A stretch of DNA of 64,000 nt from Camelus ferus (Eukaryota), in the NCBI RefSeq assembly GCF_009834535.1, contig NC_045697.1, forward strand, positions 31,436,001 to 31,500,000, in the 5' to 3' direction. Shown here one piece after another: positions 49,455-61,575 of this stretch. Under the pieces are notes generated by a model that did not search any database, was not told the origin of the DNA, and saw only the letters and a list, made by a program, of their open reading frames with translations. The translations under genes were made by a program, and so were the position numbers. Each line of letters begins with the position of its first letter. The stretch's first letter is position 1.

Positions 49455-50250
49455 TGTCATTTAAATCCATAGGAATGAAATTATCTAATGCAAAGGGAGA
49501 AATTGCAGAGAGAAGAGAGAAAAATACTCATTACTGAGTACTGGCAACATTAGGGGGGTGGGGTAGATGAGAAAGGTGCTAAGGAGACAGAGAGGTGGTA
49601 AAAGGAAAACCCAGGGTGTAGTGTGTTCTGGAAACTGAAAGGGTTTTTCACAAAGGAAAACATTATGAACTGTGTGGAATGATCCTGGAAGGCAGCTTTG
49701 CTCACCACTATACCACCAACACTGCACTGTGTGGAATGATCCTGAAAGTCTACACATATTGAAAACAGTGATTTTTAAAATAAACTTGCCAATATGGAGG
49801 TCTTTGGAAACCTCTAAGGAGGTTTCTTTGAGTACTAGGAGAAAGAAGCTTTATTAGAGCACATAGGTTTTGAGGAAGTGTGACTGTAACGTTTAGAAGA
49901 AAACCTGTCAGTGTGTTTGGCCATGAAGGGAAATTGATGAAAGGCAGTAAATGAAGCATGTTTTGTTGTTGCAGGCGCTGTCTAGGGGGATGTACTAAAG
50001 GAAAATTGCATGGTGATGAGGTTATAAACAATAGAGAAGATACTGATGATACTGGGGAAGAGAAAACACAGGAGACATACTCTTGAGAGGAGACCATCTC
50101 TGGAGCGCAGAAGAGATTAGCCTCTGATCGAGAATGGATCATTTTCTCTATTGTAACCAGAAGAAGACATGATGACAAGGCAAAGAAATTTCTTAGTTGG
50201 TTAGAGGTGAGAGGGTGAGGCAACTCTTCACCACTGGTCCATTTTTCTCA
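49455..50250 (-). mobile_element. L2 fragment (host of the tRNA-half insertion)
   Basis: 'gaaaacccagggtgtagtgtgttctggaaactgaaagg', 'ttgccaatatggaggtctttggaaacct'. Confidence 0.65.
49686..49722 (-). pseudogene. Tailless retrocopy of the 5' half of tRNA-Gly(TCC)
   Basis: Reverse complement GTGTTGGTGGTATAGTGGTGAGCAAAGCTGCCTTCCA matches recalled tRNA-Gly(TCC) nt 1-37 at 35/37; perfect 19-bp direct repeats at 49669-49687 and 49726-49744. Confidence 0.93.
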
Positions 50251-50254
50251 GAGT

Positions 50255-50385
50255 TTACTTATTCTACCAATTCAAATGTTAATCCAATTCAGAAACTCCC
50301 AGGCTAACACACACAACAGTGATTAGTCAAGTATCTGGGCATCTCATGTTCCAGGCAAGTTGACACATAAAATTAATAATCAGAG
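50255..50385 (-). mobile_element. MLT2 LTR 5' fragment
   Basis: 'ctaccaattcaaatgttaatc...aagtatctgggcatctcatgttccaggcaagttgacacataaaattaa'. Confidence 0.75.
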
Positions 50386-50782
50386 TAATTGTCAAGAGTG
50401 ATGAAAGCCGGTGGAGAATGTGTGAGGTATCAGACTTTGCTTAGGCTCAGCTAAGATGTGAGAACATTCTCTTGCAAACAAATTTCATGCCAGCAATTCC
50501 TAAGCTTTTACTGCACAATGAATTCTTGGAATTAAAGGCAGCATTTCCAATTTATTCTTGTTACATTATCTCTGTTTTACACAAGAATACCTTTCTTCAA
50601 ATTATGTTAATCATGATTTTTAATTGTTGAAGCTATTTCTCCCTTCTAGCCTCTTGGAGCTGCAGTTCTGGTGAACATGTCTCTTCCATGGGCTTGGCAT
50701 TCAACGCTGGTCAGCACTGGTCCCAGGGCTTAGGTCAGTGGCATTCTGTGCGCCATCAGCATTTTAGCAGTAGCAGTGATTA

Positions 50783-50821
50783 ATTGTCAGATATTTTAAA
50801 AATATAAAAATATCTGACAAT
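50783..50821. repeat. Perfect 15-bp inverted repeat with 9-nt spacer
   Basis: attgtcagatatttt (50783-50797) and aaaatatctgacaat (50807-50821). Confidence 0.95.
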
Positions 50822-51171
50822 ATCAAACTGTTGATCTCAAAATTGAATCAGATTCATGATTTCAGAAAAATCTAAATCTTGATCAATTTTTCCCAAACCT
50901 GACTTTAAAGGTAAGGATTCCTAAGGCTTTATTTAAATATAATTTAAATGTAAACACTCTTATTATTTATAGGTAACATAAGTCTGGTTTCTATTTTTCA
51001 AATGGTAGTCTGTTCACATTCAAATCTTTTGTTTATTTTTCTCTGTTCTCCTATACTACATATATTTAATAGCTATCAATTATTTCTTAGTCTTATTTTC
51101 AGGGAAAAATACACATATATTTTAAAATCAATTCATGTTTCCTGATACCTCTCTAGAGGTGACCTGGAAAC

Positions 51172-51280
51172 CAAGAACATAGACTCTGGAGTGAATCTAC
51201 TTGGGTTTTAATTCAGGCTCTGACATTTATTAACTATGTGATCTTTGAAAATCTGTTGTGTCCTCTCTATGGGAAAGAAC
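51172..51280 (+). mobile_element. MIR 5' part
   Basis: 'aagaacatagactctggagtga...ctctgacatttattaactatgtgatcttt'. Confidence 0.65.
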
Positions 51281-51282
51281 AG

Positions 51283-51641
51283 TGTCTTAGTTCAAGCTGG
51301 TGTAACAAAGTGAAATAGACCAGATACCTTACAAACAGCAAAAATGTACTTCTCATGGTTCAGGAGGCTGGAAGTTTGAATGAGATCAGGGTGCCAGGTG
51401 GTCGGATTCTGGTGAGAGCCCTCTTCTGAATCACCGATGGTTGACTTCTTGTTGTAGCCAAGAATGGTGGAAAGAGTGGGCTCGCTCTCCGGGCTCTTCT
51501 TATTGAGGGTGCTAATCCCATTTCTGAGAGCTCCACTCTCATGATGTAATTACTTCACAAAGCCCCACCTCCCGTGCCACCATTGGTGATTAGAGTTCAA
51601 CATGTGTGTTTTGAGGGGACGTAAACATGAATACCTTAACA
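51283..51641 (-). mobile_element. MLT1A/MSTD-like MaLR solo LTR
   Basis: TG...CA; 'caggaggctggaagttt...gatcagggtgccagg...ttctggtgagagccctctt', 'aaagccccacctcc'. Confidence 0.88.
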
Positions 51642-51694
51642 GATAGAGAAACATTTCTCAATATTTAGATAACAAAACACCTATGCACAGTGTT

Positions 51695-51890
51695 ATGAAT
51701 AATAGATTATTTAAGGATTATTCTCTATGAAGGATTGTTCTAAACATTTTAGACTCATGATCTTATGTTATCATCACAGCAACCCATGAAATAAGTATAT
51801 TAATATCTTCATGTAATAGATGAGAAAAGTCTGAATAACTTCTCTCTGGTCACACAACTTATAAATCATATAACTGGGATTAGACATAAA
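51695..51890 (-). mobile_element. MIR SINE
   Basis: 'atcatcacagcaacccatgaaataagtatattaatatcttcatgtaatagatgagaaa'. Confidence 0.65.
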
Positions 51891-52477
51891 TCAAAATTAT
51901 TCATTAAATTTAGACAATTTAATTATACCTAGAAACCCCATTGGCAACCAATCTTTGTGAACTGAAGCAGGTTTCGAATAGCCACTAATAAAACAACAAT
52001 CAAACAAATAAATAAAGCACAGATAAGCTGAAAGGTTTACTTTATAATTTATATTATTTTTATTTAGTATATGATGCAATATTAGGAAATGCATTAAATA
52101 AATTAAATTGCCAGCTTTTGAATCTTGATGTTTATTTTGATCCTTTTATGATTTCATCAATACGTGAAAATGTTATTGAACAGTCTGAAAATATTGTATA
52201 TCTTGTAAATCTATGACATAGCTTTATGTGTCTCTCTAACCTTGCTTTCACATCAATCACATTTTAAGCAAATCCATAGCTTTCTGATCAATTTCAGTTA
52301 ATCAAAATAACCCAGTCCAATAAACTGATTGCTACAAAATAATCAGTAATCACAGATGCGCATGAGCAAGCTATCCCAATGGTATTCCCTCTTTCCATAC
52401 CACCACCTCTCTCCAAAACCTGCTCAAATTAACAAGAAAGGAAAATCAGCAAACATATTTCCAGAGAATAAGATTCT

Positions 52478-53325
52478 TTCATCCATTTACTCAGCACATA
52501 CTGATTATTACTGTTAGCATTAGCATGTAGTACTGGGGATTTAACAGTCAACAAAACTACTAGAACCCCTGTCCTAACGGACCTTAAATTCTAAGGTGGG
52601 GAGATACTGTCAGTTGGTGGTAAGTGCTTAGGAGAGAAACTACAGCTGGGTTAAGAGGACAGATGTTTAATGGGAAGTTATTTTTTTGAAGCTTGTCAGG
52701 AAAAATCTCCAATAACAGATAACAGCTGAGTGAGTAAGTGAAGTAAGGGAAGATTGTTCCAGGCAGGGACCAGTGGTTTTATTGCGGGAAAAGCCCTGCG
52801 ATTAAAACGTGTTTGGTGCACTAGGAGGTGCAGTCATCAAGGAGAAGGAAGGTAAGAGATGAAGCTCAAGAGATAGCCAAGGATCAGCTCATACTGGGCC
52901 TTACAGATTATGGTAATGGTGCTGTATTGTTTTCTGTATCATGAGAATCCACTGAAGGGTTTCAAGAAAGAATGAACAATATAAATAGGTTTTAAAAAGA
53001 ATTATCAGCTGAAATGTGAATTACCAACTGGGGTCAAGACTGGAGGGGTGAGGAAAAGTAAGGGGTTGATTGCAATAGTCTAGATGACTATTAAAAGTGG
53101 CTTGGTCTTTACGCATCATGTTGGTGATGTTAAGAAGTTGTTGGATGCAATATTTGCTGGTGGGTTTGCATAAATATGGGAAAAAGGAAAAAGTTAGGAA
53201 TTATTACAAGATTTGTTTTGTTTGCTTTGTGGCTTAAGCAACAAGGTCAATGGTAGTGCTATTTTCTGAGATAAATAGGATGGAGTATCAATTATTTTGT
53301 TTAAGATACTTAAGTCTGGGATGCC
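52478..53325 (-). mobile_element. L2 (L2a-like) 3' region
   Basis: Begins 'ttcatccatttactcagcacatactgatta'; 'gaagattgttccaggcagggaccag', 'attgcaatagtctagatg'. Confidence 0.8.
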
Positions 53326-53879
53326 TTTTAGTTACCTGGTGGAGTTATAAAGATTCACAACATCCTGATAAATATAAATTGCATTTAAAAATTTAAAAAA
53401 CACTATATTAAAATATACCAGGAGAAAAAATATATATATATATACCAGGAGAGTTGCCTTACTGGTAAAACTTGTTTGATTTTTTAAAAAAACACATACA
53501 AAGTCATTTAATAGAAAGGATGTTGGCAATAATTTAAAAGCCGATTTGCAATTATGCTAGTGTATTAAATGCAGTCATCCTTATAGTCATGTGCAATTGA
53601 CCAATATAATATGCTGCTTGCTAGGTCATTCAATTTAAAAGGGTTATAACAGCTAATCTTTTTAGCAATCAGAAGGCTCATACAACAAATAAACATTTAG
53701 GAAAGCAGTGAATTTTAACCAGTGAAATCAAGCAGGGACATTATTTTCTCAGTGGAAACAAGGTCTACCTTCTTCCCATATAAATACTTTAAAATATAGA
53801 ATTTTTATTTAGAGTGTTAATGATAACTCCCTCTCCAATCCATCATCTATCTATCTATCTCTCTAACCATTGTTGCTCC

Positions 53880-55580
53880 ATTTCAACTAGTCTGAAAAAA
53901 ATAGTCTCTTTTTTCAAGTTCAAAGCAAATCCCTCAATTTGTGTTTTTGAAAAATATTCCTCTCTTTCCTCCTGTCCTCATAAAATAGGTCACCGCTATC
54001 AGTCCTTACCTTCTTATATTTTTGACTCTTCTCTCTGTCTCTCCTCACTGCTTTTACACGTTCAATAAAGTCTTTATCTTTGAACACTTAAAAATAAAAT
54101 TCCTTTGTCTCTGAAATACTTTTTTCCATTTTTCCACCACAAACTTCTTGCTAAAAAGAGTGTTTGCTGCCTTTATCTCAAAGTGGAGATGTCACCTTCC
54201 AGTCACTCCTTACCCTTCTGCCATCAAGCTTCTTCCTCTCCTATTTGACTGAAATTACTCTCTAAAAGGTTGCTTGTGGCCTTGCTAAATTCCAGTAGAT
54301 TATTTTTTTCTCTCGTATTACTTGAATCTGTTTAACATTTTTTGGTCATAATTCTTGGCTTTCCTATTCCTTGGATTCTAAGATCTAAATTTCTAGTTTA
54401 AAGTTCTAGTTCTCTTTTTTATGTCTCGAAACATTGTTATTCATTTTGGCATTTTTCTCCCTGAGATGCCCTTTAAAAGTCAATATTCGCCAAGATTCCA
54501 TATGAGATTTTCCTCTGCTCATCACTTTTTTCCCTTTCTCTTTCTCTCCCCGTTCGTCTCCCTCTCCTCTTTTTACTTTTTACAAAAATGGTCGTCCATC
54601 CTTCTCTATTAGGACAGTTTCTGCTGTTGATGATCATATTTAGTCTGATGCAATAGACCAAACGTCCCTGGACGGAAATCTCATTCATCAATACATCCCC
54701 AGAACACCACCTGCTACATAGTAGGTACCCAATAAATGTTTAGTTCTCTGATCCATATTTACTGCACAAATTTGTCCTCTAAACTCTGGACCTGTATATA
54801 TAAGATTATGGGGGATACCTGTAAGTAGATGGCTTCAAAATACCTCCAACACCACATGAACAAAAGGATAACATTATCTTTCCCCAAGTATTTACCATTA
54901 GTCACCCCATCATCCAAATTCTATTTCAGGACATGGTTTAGATAGCCACCTCTCCCTTCCACCCAGGGCAATCAGTCACCAAGTTCTATACATTTTATTC
55001 CGTCGACCTAACTAACTCCTCCTCTCTACTTTCATGAGAGCTGCTATAGATTGTACACTCATTTCCTCTCATATTAAAAAAATTGCTGATGTTCATTGCT
55101 CAAGACAAAGTCCACATCCCTTCGTATAGTAGATAGGACCTTCCAGGATCTGTCACCTCCTTAGAGCTAACTTGTTCAGCTTTTACAACCTTTCAGTTTT
55201 CTATTTCTCCTCACAACCTATGCTGCAGCCAAACTCAACTCATTTCTTAAATAAAAATCAGATTCTTTAACAAATCACTATTTTGTAATTCAGAGTATAC
55301 ACTCTAGCTGTCATGTTCTTCCCCTTGCAACCAGGATTGCCAATATAAGTAAGTCCTTATGTTCAAGATACAGCTTAAGTATTGTCTTCTCTGGGAAGAA
55401 TTCCTGAGGTCTTGCTCCACAGATAGAACTAAGCCCTTGTACCTTCCTCATGTCACTCATTTTCTTCTGTTATATACACAGTTGCTTATCACCTGATCAT
55501 TGGCTCCTTGACAGTGTTCCTACTTCATCTGCAACTTTCAGTGCCCAGTACCAAGATAGAAGCTTAATATAGATCGTGAG
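53880..55580 (+). mobile_element. L2 fragments (sense), degenerate
   Basis: 'actgaaattactctctaaaagg', 'caatcagtcaccaagttct', 'ttcaagatacagcttaagtattgtcttctctgggaag'. Confidence 0.65.
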
Positions 55581-56000
55581 TTAAAGACATTTCCAAACAG
55601 AGCTTAGTTCTTAATATTCATCTTAGTCTTCTCAGTCCAGACAAACAATTTAGAGGGAAGAAATCTTTGTAGACCACAGAATATATTATAGGCAGAATTG
55701 TTTTTGTAGTTTAAGCATAGACTCAAGTTGCAGTTTAATTGAGGATGACATTCTTTCTAAAATTCATTTTATATTTAATCACTCAGGATATTTTAGAGGT
55801 TGTTCCTGTCTTTGTCAAAGATTATGTCCCAGAAAGACCTTTGTGATTTGTGATGGAAAAGAGAGATTCATTTTGTGAAGGAGGAAAAATTAAGAATATT
55901 TTGAGACTATAATTTTTTCTCATGTATAGAAATAAGACAAAGCAGACTGATTTTGAGGGGAAAATATTACTGTAAAGGCAGCATCAAAAGGAGAATGAAA

Positions 56001-56052
56001 GCACGCACGCGCACGCGCACACACACACACACCCACCCACCCACCCACCACC
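56001..56052. repeat. Compound microsatellite (GCAC/GC)-(CA)n-(CCCA)n
   Basis: Read directly. Confidence 0.9.
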
Positions 56053-56859
56053 AAGTTCATTCGTCCATTTGGTCAAACAGGAGCTAAGAATATAAATTAA
56101 AATTACATTTCTGGAGAAACTCAAGGGAATGTTGCTAAGAAGTCAGGTTAATTTTGTTATTCTTCCAGTGAGTCAAAGGAAAATGTGATTATTTTTGAAG
56201 ATTAATCTTAATAGATAATGAAAGCTTACCAGTAAATGCTATTTTAAGTTAATTTCAGATAATTAAACATTAAATAATATAAAAGAATTTTTTATTCGGA
56301 CAACTGTTTGCAATTATCCTCCAGGAATTGCCTAGAGGGTCCTAAGGCTCAAGGGTCATAGCTATTGGTGCAGACTGCTTCAAAATATAATCTGCCTGTC
56401 ATAAATATGGTTGTATTTATCACTTACAAAGTCAGGATAGGAGGCAAAAGTAATTACCTCCTTTTTTCTCTGCGGTATAGCTCAGTGTCTGTCATAGGGT
56501 ATATTTTTGAGTATTTTTAGATACATAGATAGATAGACAGACAGATAGACAATTAATTACTATTAACAGATCATTTAATATTAAAGAACATATTCACCTA
56601 GTTAAATAAGGGAATGCATAAAAGGAGTATAAGCCACTGAAATTTAAATATTGTCAAAGTTACTAGAAAACATAAAATAAATATCAATTAACTATTGGTA
56701 GTTCGGGAAAAAACATATCTTGTGGAAAAATAATGTATTTCACTTTATGTCTAACGTATGGCTGTCTAGCTTCCAAAATGTATTAATGCAATTCAAAGAC
56801 CAAAGTGATTTTATATAAAATTAGAATATTTTGGGGATCTCTAGGGACATAAAAGATTC

Positions 56860-57036
56860 TTTTTTTAATTTTTAAAATTATTTTTATTCATTTGTTTTTG
56901 AGGGGGAGGTAATTAGGTTTGTTTGTTTGTTTGTTTGTTTGTTTGTTTATTTATTTATTTATTTATTTTAATGGAGGCACTGGGGATTGAACCCAGGACC
57001 TTATGCATGCTAAGCATGCACTGTATCACTGAGCTA
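56860..57036 (-). mobile_element. Camelid Vic-1-like tRNA-derived SINE with expanded (AAAT)/(AAAC) linker
   Basis: Minus strand reads TAGCTCAGTGATACAGTGCATGCTTAGCATGCATAAGGTCCTGGGTTCAATCCCCAGTGCCTCCATTAAAATAAATAAA...CCTAATTACCTCCCCC, then an A-rich tail. Confidence 0.88.
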
Positions 57037-59144
57037 GAGGAAAGGGTTTTTTTTAATTATTATTATTTAAAAATTTTTTTCAGATCATATAATCTTTCAG
57101 ATAGAAATCTTTGTTGCAGAGGGATTTTTTTTATTAACATATTTTTGTTAGGTTTCTGATTCTTCTAATTTTTCAAATTATTTACTTTTTCATTCCCAAA
57201 GGGACTATTAATCTCTCCATGCCTGTTTCACTACTGTAATAGAAGACGGAGCAGTCTTTCCGGAGAACCACACATATCCCTCGTCATACCTCAGTGCAGT
57301 CCCCTCTCACAGCTGTTTGAAACCGTCCTCGTGCTCCCGGCTCGCCTCGCTCTCCTGCTCTCAGAGCTTCTTCTTCTCTCTCCCCAGAATCCAAGTGTAC
57401 ATTTTCCCCACCACTGATTCAGCCTCGGGATGACCCCAAGGGAGACGTTTCCTCAAGTCTGCAGATGTGTAGAGCCATTTCCCTGCTGTCATTCTCCTGC
57501 TCTCAGCTAGAGATCAATTCTTTCTGTTACTTTTCTCCACATGGCTCATAAAGTTTTGCTTCCTGCTAAATAAATCCAATTTAGCATAAGTAAGCTCTCG
57601 CATCTGATGTAGTTCTCAAGAAGGGCAAGCGATCAATGTTATGACTGAGAACACTGACAGTTCTGTCTGCAGCATCCACCCTGACACTAGGGTTCTCTCT
57701 CCTGACTCTGAGTGACTGTCATACACTCCTCTTAAGTTCTTACTCATGCACCTAAGTTTCTAGAGTGTTAGTAGTCCCTTTCCAGACTTTTGAACTGGGC
57801 AGACATTCAGCATTCACACTCATGGTATTATTTTATAGTGTTCCTTCTAGCTCTCTAGTAGATTAAAATAATAAAACAAAAATATTCTGAACATTGGCCT
57901 CTAATGCACATTTAGGTCTCAATTATCCAAATAATGGCTTATGTGAAAAATATGAACAGATATAATTCACAGATGAACCCTAGCTCCTTGATTTAAAACT
58001 GCAATTGATTACCATCAGTCCAACTTTAGTTTCAGCGAGAGATGTACAAGAATGATCTTAATAATTAAGTTCACCTGAATGACATTTATTCAATTTCAGG
58101 TTCTGCAAATGGTGCATTTCTTTATTATTCTGGATAAGCTGCAAAACACCACAGTGTTAGTGTCTATGATTTAATGTGGAAATGGTATCATAAGTACAGG
58201 TTTGAATCCACCGTACAGAAATGTGGAAAAAGAAATTAACAGACAAGAGACTGACGTTCATACATGAGGGGAGGGCAGGTACCTGTTAGTGTCTGCCCCA
58301 GTCCAGGAGGGAGAGAGCAGGGGTGATTCTACCACACTTTTCCCATCAATGTGGAGACTGATAGTATTCAGATTTTCGATCAAAGACACCTTCCACAACC
58401 TTTCTTCTCTCCTTTGAGACAGATCACAAGTTACATGTATTTGTTAAAGGTATTTCTTTCTCTTTAAAGTAGTGTGTCTTCCCAAGGATGGGGGAGAAAA
58501 TCAAGCTGAATACTGGAAAATTTTTGAGACTTTGTGAATCAAGTTATAGTATAATGATTTCTTGTGGATAAAAAGTAAGCCTCTATGTGTGGAATTCTAG
58601 AACCACTTTAACAATGTCAGTAGCGATTACGGACTCTTAAAATGGTGTATTGGTCAAGCAATTATTCCTCTGGCTTTGATTTTCCGACTTTGTGACATAA
58701 AAATTTTAATAAAGTTTGAGGTTTTTTTTTTTTTCCCAACAACCGGTTTTCTTATACTGCTAGAAAAATGTACTCAGGAAGCCAGAAAGTAGGCAAAGAT
58801 TTATTTAAATATTTTCATACCATCAATTTATATTATCACCCAAGATATTCTATTGGAAATAAAATTACCTCAGTCAAATTTCTTTAATCTTGCTATCAAA
58901 AACTTTGTTTCTTATTTATATTAGAACATCAAATATTTTACTATAGAAATTTTTTGAAATATATATAGAGAAGGGAAATAATAAATAATCAATAGTCATT
59001 ATTGCCTTCCATTAGAATTTTTTTACTGTTTGCTTCCAAGCCTAGATACAAAAATATGTAACATGGAAGAAAAAAATGCAATTTAAACATTGGTGGCAGA
59101 ATTGTTCTGAAGACAAGAATTGTCTTCCTTTAAAAAAACAAAAA

Positions 59145-59375
59145 ACTTAATGATGGGCTTTGGAATCAGGCTACATGCCTGCAAGTCCCAGCTCATTGAT
59201 CTTACTGCCTTTGTGCCTGTAGACACATTAATGAATCTTTTGGTCTCATCTACATAATGAACAAACTAGTAGTTTCTACCCTTTGGAGTTAATTTCAAAA
59301 TTGAGTGAGACAATCTCTTTCAGCCTGGTTTATAAGAAATGTTAGTTTAATGATAGCACATTACTTATCATCATC
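59145..59375 (+). mobile_element. MIR SINE
   Basis: 'atgggctttggaatcaggctac...caagtcccagctc...ctcatctacataatg'. Confidence 0.7.
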
Positions 59376-59413
59376 GTCCTCATCTTCGTCATCATCAGCA
59401 GCAGCATCAGCAT
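59367..59413. repeat. Imperfect (CAT)/(CAG) trinucleotide repeat at MIR tail
   Basis: tatcatcatcgtcctcatcttcgtcatcatcagcagcagcatcagcat. Confidence 0.7.
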
Positions 59414-60519
59414 CGCTCACTGATGGCCATCTGGGCTACGGAAGAAGATCCCATGGGATGAACAAAATGGGGTAGGATAAGGCAAAGATGTACAATAAGA
59501 GGGGCTTTGAGCTCTATCCGAGGAAGTGGCTATGTGGAAGCTCAGTGATGAGAGGAAAAGGAGGGAAGAAACAGCGTAACAGTGTAGCAAGAATTGCCCA
59601 GACTGTGGAGAAAGTATAGCTGGTTAGAGATTCCCTTTGGGGAAATGGCCAAAATATTTCATAGACAGGCACACGTTACATTCGATTTTAATTTCTGTGC
59701 CTCGCAGCAATGCAGTCACCTCCCATTGACCCTGAAACATGAATATCGAATACACAGATTTGTGTGAGGATATTTTGAGGCAATTAAGGAAGAAACTTTC
59801 TGTACCATGTCAGACTAAATCTGAACTTAAAGAAGGGAGTTGCCTCACAAGGAATTAGTGTGATGGAGAATCCAGCAGAAGCAGAAAAATCACAGCAAGA
59901 TGTGAAACTTGAAAGAAATGTAAGTTTGAATTGCACTTTGTTTTGTAAACACATATAAAATATAGTCTTGTATATAATTTACGTGTGCATATAAATGATC
60001 ACAAATAAACCAAAAGATTGAAGAAATGCACATATGTTTATTTCATAGGTAAAACCTCAAAGTAGTTTCTTAACATAAAAATATTAAAAGTGGTATCCTA
60101 TTTGTAACCCCCTTTTTTAAATTTATATCAAGAGTTATCCTTCCATGTCAATACATTTTTTATAGTAGTATTTTGAGGACTATTTTTAAAAAAGAAAATT
60201 AAAGAATAATTTTTGAAAGGTAAACTTATAAAATTATGATGCCCACACAAATGTGTGAGACTTGGAAGGTAGAGAGTAACTTTCACATCATAGGTACTAA
60301 CTGATACCTTTCATGAAAGTGCTAATCAGTTAATGAAGGAAATTAAGACCCTTAAAACTGATCAACATTTGTGAAAATTTTAACACATTTCATGGCTTCT
60401 TTTCAGACTTATGTATTATGAGTAGAGACAAGTAAAATTCCGTTTACAAATTTTATTCTTTATCTTAATTATGCTCTCCCATATTCTGGAACAAATTGAC
60501 ACTGTAAGATGGTGGCACT

Positions 60520-60780
60520 TGCTCAGTTGGTTAATGAAGTTGAAAGTATTTTTATAATAGTACGTTTTATATTTTATACATATATATATACATACGATAA
60601 TTCAATGTTACTATTTTCTGATGAATTAATAGACAAATGTATTAAAGTTTTCTCAGTTTTCACTTCTAATATAGTAAATATCAGTAGTTACAATCCTTAT
60701 TTTAGAAAACTACAATTCTTTGGGATCCTCAGTAAATTTTAAGAGTACAAGGCATTCTGGAGACCATAAAGTATGAGCTA
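60520..60780. mobile_element. Charlie1-like hAT DNA transposon terminal fragment
   Basis: 'ttctaatatagtaaatatc...tctttgggatcctcagtaaattttaagagtacaaggcattctggagaccataaagtatgag'. Confidence 0.7.
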
Positions 60781-60906
60781 GGCAGTGGAAAGGGAAAGGA
60801 AATTCATAGTAGGAAAACATAAAAAGATGAAGTGAATGCCTTATACAAAATCTAGAACCTGACTTTCACTAGTACTGCAGTGGCTAAATAGATAGTAACT
60901 GCCTGG

Positions 60907-60963
60907 TGTGTGTGTATGTGTGTGTGCGTTTATGTATGTGTTTGTGTGTGTGTGTGTGTGTGT
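60907..60963. repeat. Interrupted (TG)n microsatellite
   Basis: Read directly. Confidence 0.9.
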
Positions 60964-60984
60964 TGATTACTTTTTCCCATCAGG

Positions 60985-61105
60985 ATGTATGTTTCAAGAG
61001 ACTACAATAATTGTCTATATTGCTCATTGCTAAATCTCCGACTCTAGAAAGGCATTCGGCACGTGGTGGGGGTTTAATAAACGTATATGGAATGGATGAA
61101 TAGAT
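60985..61105 (+). mobile_element. L2 3' end
   Basis: 'tgctcattgctaaatctccgactctagaaaggcattcggcacgtggtgggggtttaataaacgtatatggaatggatgaat'. Confidence 0.75.
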
Positions 61106-61439
61106 AGAAGGCTGACTTTTGGAACAAATGGATTTTATATTTTTCCAACTCTGAATTATAAGTGGCATCTCTATACCGAGCAGTTCTGAGAAGATGGTAG
61201 CGTAGGGTGGCATCAAGTGGTAATTAAGTTACAGTACACTTTATGCTGTCTCTCTTCTTAATTCTTTTCAGACTTAATCCAGTCAACTTTTTAACAGAAA
61301 ATTTTTCCTCCACATCAGCCCTTTGTAGCTCTTCCCCTAGACTAGCCATCACCCAGCTAGTCTCATTCAGACATGCCTGGGGCCTCACGTCACCAGCACT
61401 TCCTTCTGCTGCAGCATTCTAAGCGTGTCTCTTAAATTC

Positions 61440-61575
61440 ACTGATGAGCTTTTTGTCTTCTCTCTTAATTGTAGCTATTCAAAGATAGAAAGAAACTCAT
61501 TTGTCTTCAAGCCTCAGAGCTTTGTGCTATGCCAGGAAAATACTCAGTGTTGAATAAACGTTTGATGAGTGAATC
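61440..61575 (+). mobile_element. L2 3' end (degenerate)
   Basis: 'gtgttgaataaacgtttgatgagtgaat'. Confidence 0.5.

Noticed and set aside
49669..49744. Repeat-spacer-repeat resembling a CRISPR unit
   Set aside because: Mammalian DNA, only two repeats, no cas genes; explained as a target-site duplication around a tRNA half
49750..50223. Longest ORF (157 aa)
   Set aside because: Lies in decayed L2 sequence with no recognisable domain
47755..50385. Two MLT2 pieces as LTRs of one provirus
   Set aside because: Opposite orientations, and the intervening DNA is L2/MLT1 rather than ERVL internal sequence
56451..56490. Vic-1-like words 'taattacctcc' and 'ggtatagctcagtg' close together
   Set aside because: Too short and in the wrong order; probably chance
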